Assembly: GCA_036678685.1 (NCBI GenBank)
Contig: JAZIHH010000001.1
Location: forward strand, 81,614-145,613
Length of the DNA stretch: 64,000 bases
Source of the DNA: Bacillota bacterium
Lineage (GTDB): Bacteria; Bacillota; UBA4882; UBA10575
Reading direction: 5' to 3'
Each line of letters starts with the position of its first letter. The stretch's first letter is position 1. The notes beneath the pieces are model-generated. The model did no database searches and was not told the origin of the DNA. It saw only the letters and a program-made list of their open reading frames with translations. This document shows positions 16,912 through 26,347 of this stretch, piece by piece. The translations under genes were made by a program, and so were the position numbers.

Positions 16912-18263
16912 TTTTTTCCCTCCTTCTCCGTTTCCGGTCTCAAAGTCTGCGGCCGTTTTTGCGAAAAAATCAGTAACTTACGGGCCAACTCCTCCAGTTC
17001 CTCCCGCAAAATGAAGATACAGTCGGATAACTGGGCATTACCCTGGACAATATCTTCGGCCAAAGAACGACAGGTGGGAGAACCGCAGGCGCCGCAATCC
17101 AGCCCCGGCAGTTGGGTCATTAATTGGCCAATCTTCTCCATTTTCCGGATCGCCACACTTAAATCTTTATCCAGCTGCAAGGCGGGCCGGGCCGTCAATT
17201 CTTCCGTCCAGTAGAAAAAAGACTGCGGGTATAGTGTCCGGCCCAAAGCCGAAACCTCCGCCGGTAACTTCTTGTCGCCGGCCGCTTCCGCCAGTTTCCT
17301 GATTTTCACCCGGGCGACAAAAGGATTTTCCACGGTCAACGCTCCGCCCACACACCCTTCCTGGCAAGCCATGGCCTCAATATAATCGATATCGTTGAGC
17401 TTGTCCATTTCTATTTCTTCCAGAAGGGCGGCCACATTATGGATCCCGTCAACCGACAAGGCATTTTCCCATTTGACCGCGACACTCTCCCCTCCCGCCC
17501 GGGCCCAACCAATGCCCACCCCGGTACTTTTGGGCTCCACCTTTGCCTTTTCCCCGGTTTCCACTTGCTCCTGCAGCTTCCCGTAGAGAGAAACAAAGGG
17601 AAGAGCGCCGTCCACCCGGTAATCCTGTTGCACAGCGGTTTTAATCTCTGTGATCTTGGCCGGACAGGGGGTAATAAAAAATAAACCCACCTCTTCCGGG
17701 GGAAACTCCAGCTCGGGCAGGCGGTTACGGTAAAAAAGCTTCGCGGCGGTGACATACGGTGGATCAATGGGAATGATATGGGGAATCAAGCCCGGGAACC
17801 GGACCTGGATGAGGCGGACCACCGCCGGGCAGGAAGAAGAGATCAGAGGCAGGTTTCTCCGGCCGTTCCCCGCCGTATACTCTTTCAAGTACTCCCGTAC
17901 CGCATAGGTCGTCAACTCCGCCGCCGCCGCCACTTCATAGACTTCATCAAAGCCGATCCGGAGAAGCGCCGCCAAAACCTGGCGGGGGAGCACCCCTTTT
18001 TTAAATTGCCCGTAAAGACTGGGGGCGGGAAGCGCCACCCGGTAACGGAATTTTTTCAAGTCATCAAGCGTATCACTAAGCGCTTTCTTGGCGTGATGTT
18101 CACAGGTGCGAATGCATTCACCGCAATCGATACAACGCTCCGTTAAAATTACCGCTTTTCCTCCCCGCACCCTTATGGCCTCGGTGGGGCAGTTCTTAAT
18201 ACAATTGGTGCACCCCTGACATTTTTCTTCGGCTAGAACCACCGAATGGTACCTGGTCTCCAC
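16908..18263 (-). CDS. sensory-type [FeFe]-hydrogenase homologue (HydS-like): 2x[4Fe-4S], degenerate H-domain, C-terminal CX2CX4CX16C Fe-S domain
   Basis: 451 aa with CQGCTNCIKNCP and CIDCGECIRTCE. H-cluster-like motifs are SSSCPAVV, ITPCPAKITE and EAMACQEGCVGG. The C-terminal motif is LDCGACGSPTCRSLAEDIVQGNAQLSDC. Confidence 0.75.
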   Translation of the reverse strand: METRYHSVVLAEEKCQGCTNCIKNCPTEAIRVRGGKAVILTERCIDCGECIRTCEHHAKKALSDTLDDLKKFRYRVALPAPSLYGQFKKGVLPRQVLAALLRIGFDEVYEVAAAAELTTYAVREYLKEYTAGNGRRNLPLISSSCPAVVRLIQVRFPGLIPHIIPIDPPYVTAAKLFYRNRLPELEFPPEEVGLFFITPCPAKITEIKTAVQQDYRVDGALPFVSLYGKLQEQVETGEKAKVEPKSTGVGIGWARAGGESVAVKWENALSVDGIHNVAALLEEIEMDKLNDIDYIEAMACQEGCVGGALTVENPFVARVKIRKLAEAAGDKKLPAEVSALGRTLYPQSFFYWTEELTARPALQLDKDLSVAIRKMEKIGQLMTQLPGLDCGACGSPTCRSLAEDIVQGNAQLSDCIFILREELEELARKLLIFSQKRPQTLRPETEKEGKK

Positions 18264-18278
18264 CTTATCACCCCATGG

Positions 18279-18707
18279 TTATTTATTCAAAAACCGCATA
18301 ACCACCCTGGTGCCAAGATTTTTTTCGGATTCGATTATTATCTCGTCCGTGCATTTTTTCATGTTCGGCAAACCCATTCCGGCGCCGAATCCCATCTCCC
18401 TGGCCAAATCGGAAGCAGTGGAAAAGCCTTCTTGCATCGCCTGCTCGATATCGTCAATCCCCGGTCCTTCGTCTTCGGCGATGACCCGTATTTCGCCCTC
18501 TTCCACCTGAAGAACCAAACGCCCGCGGCGGGCGTGAAGAACAATGTTCATCTCCGCCTCGTAAGAAGCAATGGAAACCCGCCGGATCACGGCGGCGTCG
18601 ATCCCCAGTTGTCTTAAGGTTTTCTTTATTTTGCTCGCCGCTTCGCCGGCGGCGATGAAATCGCCGCCGGTCACCGGAAAATCCAAAGACATCCTGGGGG
18701 CCGACAT
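18279..18707 (-). CDS. RsbW/SpoIIAB-like anti-sigma-type serine kinase (HATPase_c)
   Basis: 142 aa with ...IAEDEGPGIDDIEQAMQEGFST...GFGAGMGLPNMKK... Confidence 0.75.
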   Translation of the reverse strand: MSAPRMSLDFPVTGGDFIAAGEAASKIKKTLRQLGIDAAVIRRVSIASYEAEMNIVLHARRGRLVLQVEEGEIRVIAEDEGPGIDDIEQAMQEGFSTASDLAREMGFGAGMGLPNMKKCTDEIIIESEKNLGTRVVMRFLNK

Positions 18708-18711
18708 CTTT

Positions 18712-19080
18712 TCACCTCCCGGTCAAACTCAAGCCGCTACAACCTTTCAACCCGGCCATGTACAAGAGGCCGCAGGTTTCATAAAGCGGTAACACGGTCG
18801 ACAAGAGGGGAAGATTGTTTTTCCGGGCCATCTCAATTACCTCCGGAGGGGGTTTCTTCCCGCGGACAAAAACGACGGCGCTGAGATCGATCATATCGGC
18901 GGTGCGAATGACCTGTGAATTGGTTAAGCCGGTCAATAAAAGGGTTTTTTCCTTGGTAAAAGTCAAGACGTCGCTCATCAAATCCGAACCGCAGACACAA
19001 CGCGGTTCGATCTGGTCCAAAACCTCTTCTCCCACTAAAACTTCGGCATTTAAAATTTTTTGTATTTCCCGTAAGTTCAT
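18712..19080 (-). CDS. DRTGG-like domain protein
   Basis: ORF 18712..19110 trimmed to the ATG at 19080 (MNLREIQKIL...), which has a GAGGTG RBS. It contains CGSDLMSDVL...LLLTGLTNSQVIRTA. Confidence 0.55.
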   Translation of the reverse strand: MNLREIQKILNAEVLVGEEVLDQIEPRCVCGSDLMSDVLTFTKEKTLLLTGLTNSQVIRTADMIDLSAVVFVRGKKPPPEVIEMARKNNLPLLSTVLPLYETCGLLYMAGLKGCSGLSLTGR

Positions 19081-19239
19081 GAAAGAAAACACCTCATTTT
19101 TTATTCCCATGCTTCCGGCTGTTTAAAAAACTGCCGTCGTTGGCAAAAAGTATTTATAAAAAAATAATACGACAATTCTCCGTTGATATCCTGCTCCACA
19201 GAGAACTGCCGTATAATATTTTGTTACTTAAGTAAAGGC

Positions 19240-19710
19240 TTATTCTTCTTTAATAAAAGCACTGAAACCTTTCTCGCTCAATTCTCTTTGCAACTGGTCG
19301 GCGTTCACCGGGTTGGCAAAAGCTCCGACCTGGACATAACAGGGGACCCCCGGGCTGACAAAGACCGGATAACCATAATCTTCAAGTTCCGCCGCGATGT
19401 TCATGGCTTCCGCTCTCTCCGGAAAAGGCCCCAGTTGGACTTTGTACCTTACGGACATCGTCTCCCCCGCGGTGTCCGGTCCCCAAAATACCTCCCCGTA
19501 ACCCCCCTCCGTTTCCGGAAATTCAAACGTCAACGGACTTTGGATCTCCTCATGCCAGCTTTGCACGGGAGTCATGGGTTCCTCCCGTACCCAGTCATTG
19601 AACAAGGTGCCAAATATTACTCCTACCGAAATAGCCAGAAAGGCCATGAAAACCAGCCCGGCAATTTTGGTCAGTAATGATGTTAACGCTTTTATCTGAC
19701 GTTTTTCCAT
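19240..19710 (-). CDS. membrane-anchored SPOR-domain protein
   Basis: 156 aa with an N-terminal TM helix and a C-terminal SPOR-like repeat (YKVQLGPFPERAEAMNIAAELEDYGYPVFV...VQVGAFANPVNADQLQRELSEKGF). Confidence 0.7.
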   Translation of the reverse strand: MEKRQIKALTSLLTKIAGLVFMAFLAISVGVIFGTLFNDWVREEPMTPVQSWHEEIQSPLTFEFPETEGGYGEVFWGPDTAGETMSVRYKVQLGPFPERAEAMNIAAELEDYGYPVFVSPGVPCYVQVGAFANPVNADQLQRELSEKGFSAFIKEE

Positions 19711-19905
19711 TATTATCCCTCCTTACTGTTAGAAAATAAACCCTCTCTTTATAAATGTTACGATCCCGCCCCAAAATTATTCCATAAACTTATCCACCGG
19801 CCCGCCGGCCCCGGAAAGCTTGTCCGCCATCCTCCGGGGGCGGTCCCAAGAAAAAAAGCCCGGGAGAGAGGGTTGGTTAAAGTACAGGCTTAAGGCAGGG
19901 ATGAT

Positions 19906-21237
19906 TTATTCGTCTTTCTCCTTTAGGTCTTTATCCTTTAATCGTTTAATTCTCGCCCCCAGTTTACCCAGTTTTTCTTCGATCTTCTCATAACCGCGGT
20001 CCAACAATTGGACATCTTCCACAATGGTCCTTCCTTTGGCCGCCAACCCGGCCAAAACCATGGCCGCTCCCGCCCGCAGGTCCGGGGCCACCACCGTGGC
20101 CCCGGTAAAGCCGGGTACACCCTTCACAATGGCGCTTCTTCCTTCCACCCTGATATTGGCGCCCATCCGGATTAATTCGTCAACATAACGGAAACGGCCG
20201 CTGAAAACGTTCTCCGTCAAGACGCTGGTCCCTTCCGCCAAGGAAAGAGTGGCCGCCATCTGCGGTTGCAGATCGGTGGGAAAACCCGGATAGGGCAGGA
20301 CAGTAACGTCCACCGCCCGCAACCGGCGCGGAGCTTTGACCCGGATCCTGTCTTCATCGGCCTCAACCTCCACCCCGGCCTCTTTCAGTTTGGCCATGAG
20401 CGACTCCAGATGTTCGGGGATAATATCTTTTAAGGTAATTTCTCCTCCGGAAATTACCGCCCCCAAAATATAGGTTCCCGCCTCAATCCGGTCCGGGATT
20501 ACCGTATAATCGATGGGGACGGAACGCAAGGATTTAACTCCCTCAATGCGGATCATATCCGTTCCGGCCCCGCGGATCCGGGCGCCCAGCCGGTTATAGA
20601 AGTTTTGTTCTTCGATAATCTCGGGTTCCTTGGCGGCATTACGGATCACGGTGGTTCCCTTAGCCAGGATCGCGGCGGCCATTATATTTTCTGTCGCCCC
20701 TACGCTGGGGAAATCCAGGTGGATGTCGGCGCCGGTTAATTCCCCGGCCCGGACATAGATGTAGCCGTGTTCTTCCACTACTTCCGCGCCCAGCATCTGA
20801 AAACCCTTCAAATGAAGATCAATGGGTCGTTGTCCGATAACGCAACCCCCGGGTTGAAACAGTTTCACCTTTTTGCTCCGGGAAAGTAAAGGGCCCATCA
20901 CCTGAACCGAAGCTCTCATCTTGCGGACCAGGTCATCGGGGGCGGAATAACCCAGGTCGTCATGGGGTTTAATCCTCAGGACCGCTTCGTCCGCCCAGGA
21001 GACTTCCGCGCCCAGGCTGCGCAATACTTCTATCATAGTCAAGACATCTTTAATCAGGGGAACATTTCTGATGATGCATTCATTCCGGGTTAAAAGCGCG
21101 GCGGCCATTAACTTTAAGACGGCATTCTTCGCCCCGCTGATTGATACTTCGCCCGCAAGAGGATAGCCACCATCGATCTGCAAGCGTTCCACCGGCGTCA
21201 CCTCCAAAGCCACTGGCAGGATAGGTATTTTCTTCAT
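19906..21237 (-). CDS. murA: UDP-N-acetylglucosamine 1-carboxyvinyltransferase
   Basis: 443 aa with ISGAKNA and other full-length MurA features. Confidence 0.95.
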   Translation of the reverse strand: MKKIPILPVALEVTPVERLQIDGGYPLAGEVSISGAKNAVLKLMAAALLTRNECIIRNVPLIKDVLTMIEVLRSLGAEVSWADEAVLRIKPHDDLGYSAPDDLVRKMRASVQVMGPLLSRSKKVKLFQPGGCVIGQRPIDLHLKGFQMLGAEVVEEHGYIYVRAGELTGADIHLDFPSVGATENIMAAAILAKGTTVIRNAAKEPEIIEEQNFYNRLGARIRGAGTDMIRIEGVKSLRSVPIDYTVIPDRIEAGTYILGAVISGGEITLKDIIPEHLESLMAKLKEAGVEVEADEDRIRVKAPRRLRAVDVTVLPYPGFPTDLQPQMAATLSLAEGTSVLTENVFSGRFRYVDELIRMGANIRVEGRSAIVKGVPGFTGATVVAPDLRAGAAMVLAGLAAKGRTIVEDVQLLDRGYEKIEEKLGKLGARIKRLKDKDLKEKDE

Positions 21238-21308
21238 TCTCCGGAGACAGTAGATATTCTATGCAATAACCGGGCTTTATGACAATAAGCCTGTCCAAAA
21301 AAGGAATT

Positions 21309-22409
21309 TCAAATCGTCCCTCCCGCCGCTTTGGAGATATTGAGCAAGATCCCGATGGAAATAAGGGTAATCCATAGTGATGAACCCCCGGCGCTTATCA
21401 ACGGCAGGGTAATTCCGGTGGCGGGTACGGTGGAGGTTACCACGGCAATATTAATCAACGCCTGGACAATCAACCACGAGGTTATTCCCACCGCCAGCAG
21501 GCTGCCGTAATGATCCCGCACCGACAAGGCGATTTTATAACCGCGCCAGGCGAGAAGGAAAAAGAGGAATAAAATGGTCAGGCTCCCGATTAAGCCAAGT
21601 TCCTCGCCGATAATGGCAAAAATGTAATCCGAATGGGGTTCCGGGAGGTAAAAAAACTTTTGTCTGCTTCGCCCCAGGCCGACACCGAAAAGGCCTCCGG
21701 AACCCAAAGCCATTAAACCCTGGATGATTTGCCACCCGTCCCCTTTCGGGTCGGCCATGGGGTCAAGGAAGGTAAGCAGCCGCCGCAGACGGTACGGTTC
21801 CTGAAAAATCAGGGCCAAGCCCGCCCCGGCGCAGACCAGTCCCACCAGGGACAGATGAAACAGGCGCGCCCCGGCGGTAAAAAGCATGATAAAGAAGATG
21901 CTGAAAACAACTACCGTCGTACCAAGATCGGGTTCCAAGATAATTAAACCCCCGATGACCAGGGTATAAAAGAAGGGCAGCAAAATTCCGGTGGCGAAGT
22001 TTTTCACTTCGGAGCCGATTTCCGAGAGGTAATGGGCTAAGACAAAGATCAGGCCCAGTTTGGCGAATTCGGAGGGTTGTATGGTCAAAAACCCCAGGTC
22101 AATCCAGCGCCGCACCCCGTGAATCGCTTCCCCGGCGTAAAGAACGGCAATCAGGAAGACCGGCGACAGGATGGCAAAGAGAGTTGTCAATTTACGCAAG
22201 CGGCGGTAGTCAATCTTGCTGGTGCCGATTAAGAGCATAATCCCCAACAAGGCGTAGACTGCCTGACGTTTCCCGTAAAAAAACGGATCCTTGCCGTCGG
22301 TTACACTCAGAGCCCTGGGCGCACTGGCGCTGGTCACCAGAATAACCCCTAAAATAACCAGAAAAAGAGTGCTTAAAAAGAGAAAATGATCCGGGCCTTG
22401 TTTTTTCAC
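21309..22409 (-). CDS. SEDS-family peptidoglycan polymerase FtsW/SpoVE
   Basis: 366 aa, 10-TM SEDS protein located in the dcw cluster. Confidence 0.9.
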   Translation of the reverse strand: MKKQGPDHFLFLSTLFLVILGVILVTSASAPRALSVTDGKDPFFYGKRQAVYALLGIMLLIGTSKIDYRRLRKLTTLFAILSPVFLIAVLYAGEAIHGVRRWIDLGFLTIQPSEFAKLGLIFVLAHYLSEIGSEVKNFATGILLPFFYTLVIGGLIILEPDLGTTVVVFSIFFIMLFTAGARLFHLSLVGLVCAGAGLALIFQEPYRLRRLLTFLDPMADPKGDGWQIIQGLMALGSGGLFGVGLGRSRQKFFYLPEPHSDYIFAIIGEELGLIGSLTILFLFFLLAWRGYKIALSVRDHYGSLLAVGITSWLIVQALINIAVVTSTVPATGITLPLISAGGSSLWITLISIGILLNISKAAGGTI

Positions 22410-22426
22410 CCTACCTCACCCCGGTT

Positions 22427-23404
22427 TTATAATTTATAACCGGCCAGCCCCAAAAGGGCCAGCAGGGCGCCGATGAGCCAAAACCTGACCACAATCTTGC
22501 TTTCAACCATACCGCCCAGTTCATAATGGTGATGCAACGGGCTCATCCGGAAAACCCTCTTCCCGGTTAAACGAAAAGAAATCACTTGAATGATCACAGA
22601 GAGGACTTCGGCCACAAAAATCCCCCCGACGACCAGCAGGAAAAGAGCGGTCCCGGAAAGAATGCCCATTGTCCCCAAGGCCGCTCCCAGGGCCAGCGAA
22701 CCGGTATCGCCCATAAACACTTGGGCCGGGGGGCAATTAAACCAGATAAAGCCGGCGCAGGCACCGACGAGGGCCGCGGCAAAAATCCCCAAATCGGGAT
22801 ACCCGGCCAGAACGGCCAAAACACCCATGGCCAAACCGGTGGTGACACAACTCCCGGCGGCCAGGCCGTCAAGGCCGTCCGTGAAATTGACGGCATTGGA
22901 GGTGCCGACCACCACGAAAATAACAAAGAACAGGGTGGTCAGGGGGTGCACAAAAGGCAGGTACCAAGAGAAAAAAGGGACCTGCAGGGTATCCATAATC
23001 CCCGCGCGGATGACATAAACAGCGAGCAGGCCGGCGAAAAAAATCTGGAACAGCAACTTGTACCGGGCTTTCAACCCCAGCGGGCGGCGGTGGATAATAA
23101 TCAACAGGTCGTCAAGGAAACCGATTAAGCCGTAAGAGAAAGTAAGAAAGAGGCACCACCGGACCGCCGGCGTCCACGGCCGGCCCATCCCGGCAAGGAT
23201 ACCGGCGGTCAAGCCGCCCAAAATCAGCACACCACCCATGGTGGGGGTTCCGGATTTACGCTGATGGGAACGGGGAGCGTCCGTCCGGACATTTTGCCCG
23301 GCCTTAATTGTTCTCAACAACCGGATGGTAAAGGGACCGGTGAAGACGACAAATAAAAAAGCAAGCAATCCCGCGGCCAGAAAATTAGTCCAGGGCACTC
23401 CCAT
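22427..23404 (-). CDS. mraY: phospho-N-acetylmuramoyl-pentapeptide transferase
   Basis: 325 aa with motifs KxGTPTMGG, NAVNFTDGLDGLA and HHHYE. Confidence 0.96.
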   Translation of the reverse strand: MGVPWTNFLAAGLLAFLFVVFTGPFTIRLLRTIKAGQNVRTDAPRSHQRKSGTPTMGGVLILGGLTAGILAGMGRPWTPAVRWCLFLTFSYGLIGFLDDLLIIIHRRPLGLKARYKLLFQIFFAGLLAVYVIRAGIMDTLQVPFFSWYLPFVHPLTTLFFVIFVVVGTSNAVNFTDGLDGLAAGSCVTTGLAMGVLAVLAGYPDLGIFAAALVGACAGFIWFNCPPAQVFMGDTGSLALGAALGTMGILSGTALFLLVVGGIFVAEVLSVIIQVISFRLTGKRVFRMSPLHHHYELGGMVESKIVVRFWLIGALLALLGLAGYKL

Positions 23405-24777
23405 TATTTGGTCTCCTCCCCCAACAGTTCCTCGACGATTTCTTCCATTTTCATCCCCCGGGACCCTTTCACCAAAACATGATCGCCGGGGGCAAGATAG
23501 TTTTTCAGATCGCGAATTAACCGTTTTTTATCCGCGTAATGGCGGCTAAAAACTCCGGCTTCGGCGGCGGCGGCAACGGTCTCCTCCGAGCGGGGGCCAT
23601 AGGCGAAAAGCGCCGTACAACCGTAATCCGCGACCATGTTCCCGGTTTCCCGGTGAGCTTGGCCGCTGATTTCCCCCAGTTCCAGCATGTCACCAAGGAC
23701 GGCAATTTTCCGGCCTTTCATCTTCCCCAGCACCTCGAGGGCTTTCTGGACCGAATCGGGGTCGGCATTATAAGTGTCGTCAATCACCGTTATCCCCCGG
23801 GTTTCCAGGATCCGTAAACGTTTATCCACCGGCGGCAGTTTCTTAAAACCCGCAGCCACCTGGCCGGGGGAAAGACCAAAGGATAAAGCTGTTGCCGCCG
23901 CCGCCAAGGCATTGGCCACATTATGACGTCCCGGCAGGGGAAGGAAGAATGTAAAAGGACCCCATTTCCCTGCAACCTCCACTTCTTGTCCGCCTCCGGC
24001 CGGGCGGACGGCCACGGCTCTCAGATCGGGTTCTGACTCTTCCTCAAAGCCGTAAAACACCGAACGCCCCGGGAAAAGTCCCTGCATGGCCCGTACGTAG
24101 GGGTCATCGGCGTTAAGCACCGCCAGCCCCTCCCGGTTCAGGGAAGCAATCAATTCCCCCTTCGCCCGGGCAATAGCCTCCCGGGAACCTAAAAGCTCCA
24201 TATGGCTGACGCCCACATTGGTCACCACTCCTACCGTGGGACGGGACAGACCGGCCAGATAAGCGATCTCCCCCTCGCCGCGCATGCCCATTTCCAAAAC
24301 CACCACTTCGGTAGGGGGTTTCATTTTTAACAAAGTCAGGGGCAGGCCAACTTCGTTATTATAATTCATGGCGCTCTTTAAGACTTTATACTTCTCCTCC
24401 AGCAGGGCGCCGATCATCTCTTTGGTAGTGGTTTTACCGTTGCTGCCGGTAACGCCGATCACCTGGACAGAAAAACGTTGGCGGTGGTAGGCGGCGAGTT
24501 TCCCCAAGGCCAAAAGGGTGCTGGCCACCCGGATCACCGCTACTCCGGGCGGAAAATCCATCTTTTTCTCGACGATCAGGGCGGAGGCGCCGGCGGCCAG
24601 CGCCTGCCCGGTAAAATCATGCCCGTCGTATTTTTCTCCCCGCAAGGCCAAAAACGCCTCGCCCCGCCGGAGGGTCCGGCTGTCGGTACTTACTCCTTGC
24701 ACCCGGGCCTCAAGAGGCCCGGTTAAAAGTTCCCCGCTGGTTGCCGTCAAAATTTCCTGCATAGTAAATTCAGCCAT
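23404..24777 (-). CDS. murF: UDP-N-acetylmuramoyl-tripeptide--D-alanyl-D-alanine ligase
   Basis: 457 aa with GVTGSNGKTTTKEM, a Mur ligase architecture. Confidence 0.94.
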   Translation of the reverse strand: MAEFTMQEILTATSGELLTGPLEARVQGVSTDSRTLRRGEAFLALRGEKYDGHDFTGQALAAGASALIVEKKMDFPPGVAVIRVASTLLALGKLAAYHRQRFSVQVIGVTGSNGKTTTKEMIGALLEEKYKVLKSAMNYNNEVGLPLTLLKMKPPTEVVVLEMGMRGEGEIAYLAGLSRPTVGVVTNVGVSHMELLGSREAIARAKGELIASLNREGLAVLNADDPYVRAMQGLFPGRSVFYGFEEESEPDLRAVAVRPAGGGQEVEVAGKWGPFTFFLPLPGRHNVANALAAAATALSFGLSPGQVAAGFKKLPPVDKRLRILETRGITVIDDTYNADPDSVQKALEVLGKMKGRKIAVLGDMLELGEISGQAHRETGNMVADYGCTALFAYGPRSEETVAAAAEAGVFSRHYADKKRLIRDLKNYLAPGDHVLVKGSRGMKMEEIVEELLGEETK

Positions 24778-26278
24778 GGTTTCTCTCCTTTAACGCCGCC
24801 GCTGCTGTTTCCCGGTCGTTAAAATAAAGAGTCCGGTCTTTAAAAATTTGATAGGTTTCGTGGCCTTTACCCGCGATGATCACCATATCTCCGGGACCGG
24901 CCAAATTGATTGCTTCCCGGATGGCTTGTTCCCGGTCGAGGATAATCCGGTACCGGCCGGCGGCGTCCGTTTTCTGGAAGCCTTCCGCGATTTCGCCGGC
25001 GATTGCCGCCGGGTCTTCCGAGCGCGGATTGTCACTGGTAACAATGGAAAAATCACTAAGAAGCGCGGCGATCCTGCCCATTTCCCGCCGTTTCCCCCGG
25101 TCCCGGTCCCCGCCGCAGCCAAAAACCACGAATACACGGTTTTTCGCCAAAGAACGGGCGGTACGCAAAACATTGGCAAGGCCGTCGGGGGTATGGGCGT
25201 AATCGACCACCACGGTGAAGTCTTTGCCGCCGGGGACAACTTCAAAACGTCCCGGTACCCCCGTCAGCTTTTCTACGCCCCGGCAGGCCGTGTCAAGTTC
25301 CACGTTCAAGGCCAAGCTTAGCCCCAGGGCGCCCAGGGCGTTATAGACATTGAATTTCCCGGGGAGGCTGAGTCTCAGCATCCTTTTCCCCCAGGGAGTA
25401 CAGGCTGTGAACGTACTCTCCTTCATCGTCATCGTGACCTCTTCGGCCCGGATGTCCGCCTCCGGTGCAAAACCGTAGGTAAGCTTCCGGGCCCGCGTAC
25501 AACGGATTATATAGGGCCCGTACGGGTCATCAATGTTGATGACGGCCGCCGCTTCCGGGGCAAGCCCCTTGAAAAAACTGCTTTTCACCTGCAAATACTC
25601 GTCGAAAGTCCCGTGAAAATCCAGGTGATCCCGGGTAATATTGGTGAAAAGGCCGCCGGCAAAAGAGAGGCCCTCCACTCTCCCCAAGGCCAAAGCATGG
25701 GAAGAAACCTCCATAACGGCGAATTTCACCTCATTCTTAACCATTTCCGCAAAAAGCCGCTGCAGATCCAGGGCTCCCGGGGTAGTATTACCGGCGGGTT
25801 CAGTCCTCTCGCCCAGGAGATGATGGATGGTTCCAATCAGTCCGGCTCGGTTAAAAGCCTCTTTGAGAATGGAATGAAGTAAAAAAGTGGAAGTCGTTTT
25901 CCCGTTGGTTCCCACCACACCCAGCAGGTTAAGGCGGGCGGCCGGATCCTGATAAAAAACTTTACCCACCAGGGGCAAGACTTTCCGGGTATCGGGTACC
26001 AGGATCAAATTAACCTGTCCTTCCAAGCCCCGGGTTTCTTCCGCCAGCACGGCAACGGCTCCCCGGGAAAGCGCTTCGCTCATATAATCATGGCCGTCGG
26101 CTTTGCTGCCGCGAAGGGCAATAAACAAAGCGCCGGGGCCGACCGCCCGTGAATCGTATTCCACGGCGGTAATCTCTGTGTTCCCGTCTCCCCAAAATTC
26201 TTTTACCGGCAACCGGAGCAATAAATCCTTGAGCCGCACCGTCCTCACCTGTTTTCTATTATTGCCACAATTTAGCAT
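24770..26278 (-). CDS. murE: UDP-N-acetylmuramoyl-L-alanyl-D-glutamate--2,6-diaminopimelate ligase (start codon uncertain)
   Basis: About 500 aa with GVVGTNGKTTSTF and a DNPR motif (TSDNPRSEDP). No good RBS precedes the ATG at 26278, so the true start may be an internal GTG. Confidence 0.9.
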   Translation of the reverse strand: MLNCGNNRKQVRTVRLKDLLLRLPVKEFWGDGNTEITAVEYDSRAVGPGALFIALRGSKADGHDYMSEALSRGAVAVLAEETRGLEGQVNLILVPDTRKVLPLVGKVFYQDPAARLNLLGVVGTNGKTTSTFLLHSILKEAFNRAGLIGTIHHLLGERTEPAGNTTPGALDLQRLFAEMVKNEVKFAVMEVSSHALALGRVEGLSFAGGLFTNITRDHLDFHGTFDEYLQVKSSFFKGLAPEAAAVINIDDPYGPYIIRCTRARKLTYGFAPEADIRAEEVTMTMKESTFTACTPWGKRMLRLSLPGKFNVYNALGALGLSLALNVELDTACRGVEKLTGVPGRFEVVPGGKDFTVVVDYAHTPDGLANVLRTARSLAKNRVFVVFGCGGDRDRGKRREMGRIAALLSDFSIVTSDNPRSEDPAAIAGEIAEGFQKTDAAGRYRIILDREQAIREAINLAGPGDMVIIAGKGHETYQIFKDRTLYFNDRETAAAALKERNHG

Positions 26279-26347
26279 TTTATAACCGGCGACGCTCCTG
26301 TCCCCCCTCCGGGCGCCAAATAATTTCCATCAAAGATTAAAAGCCGC

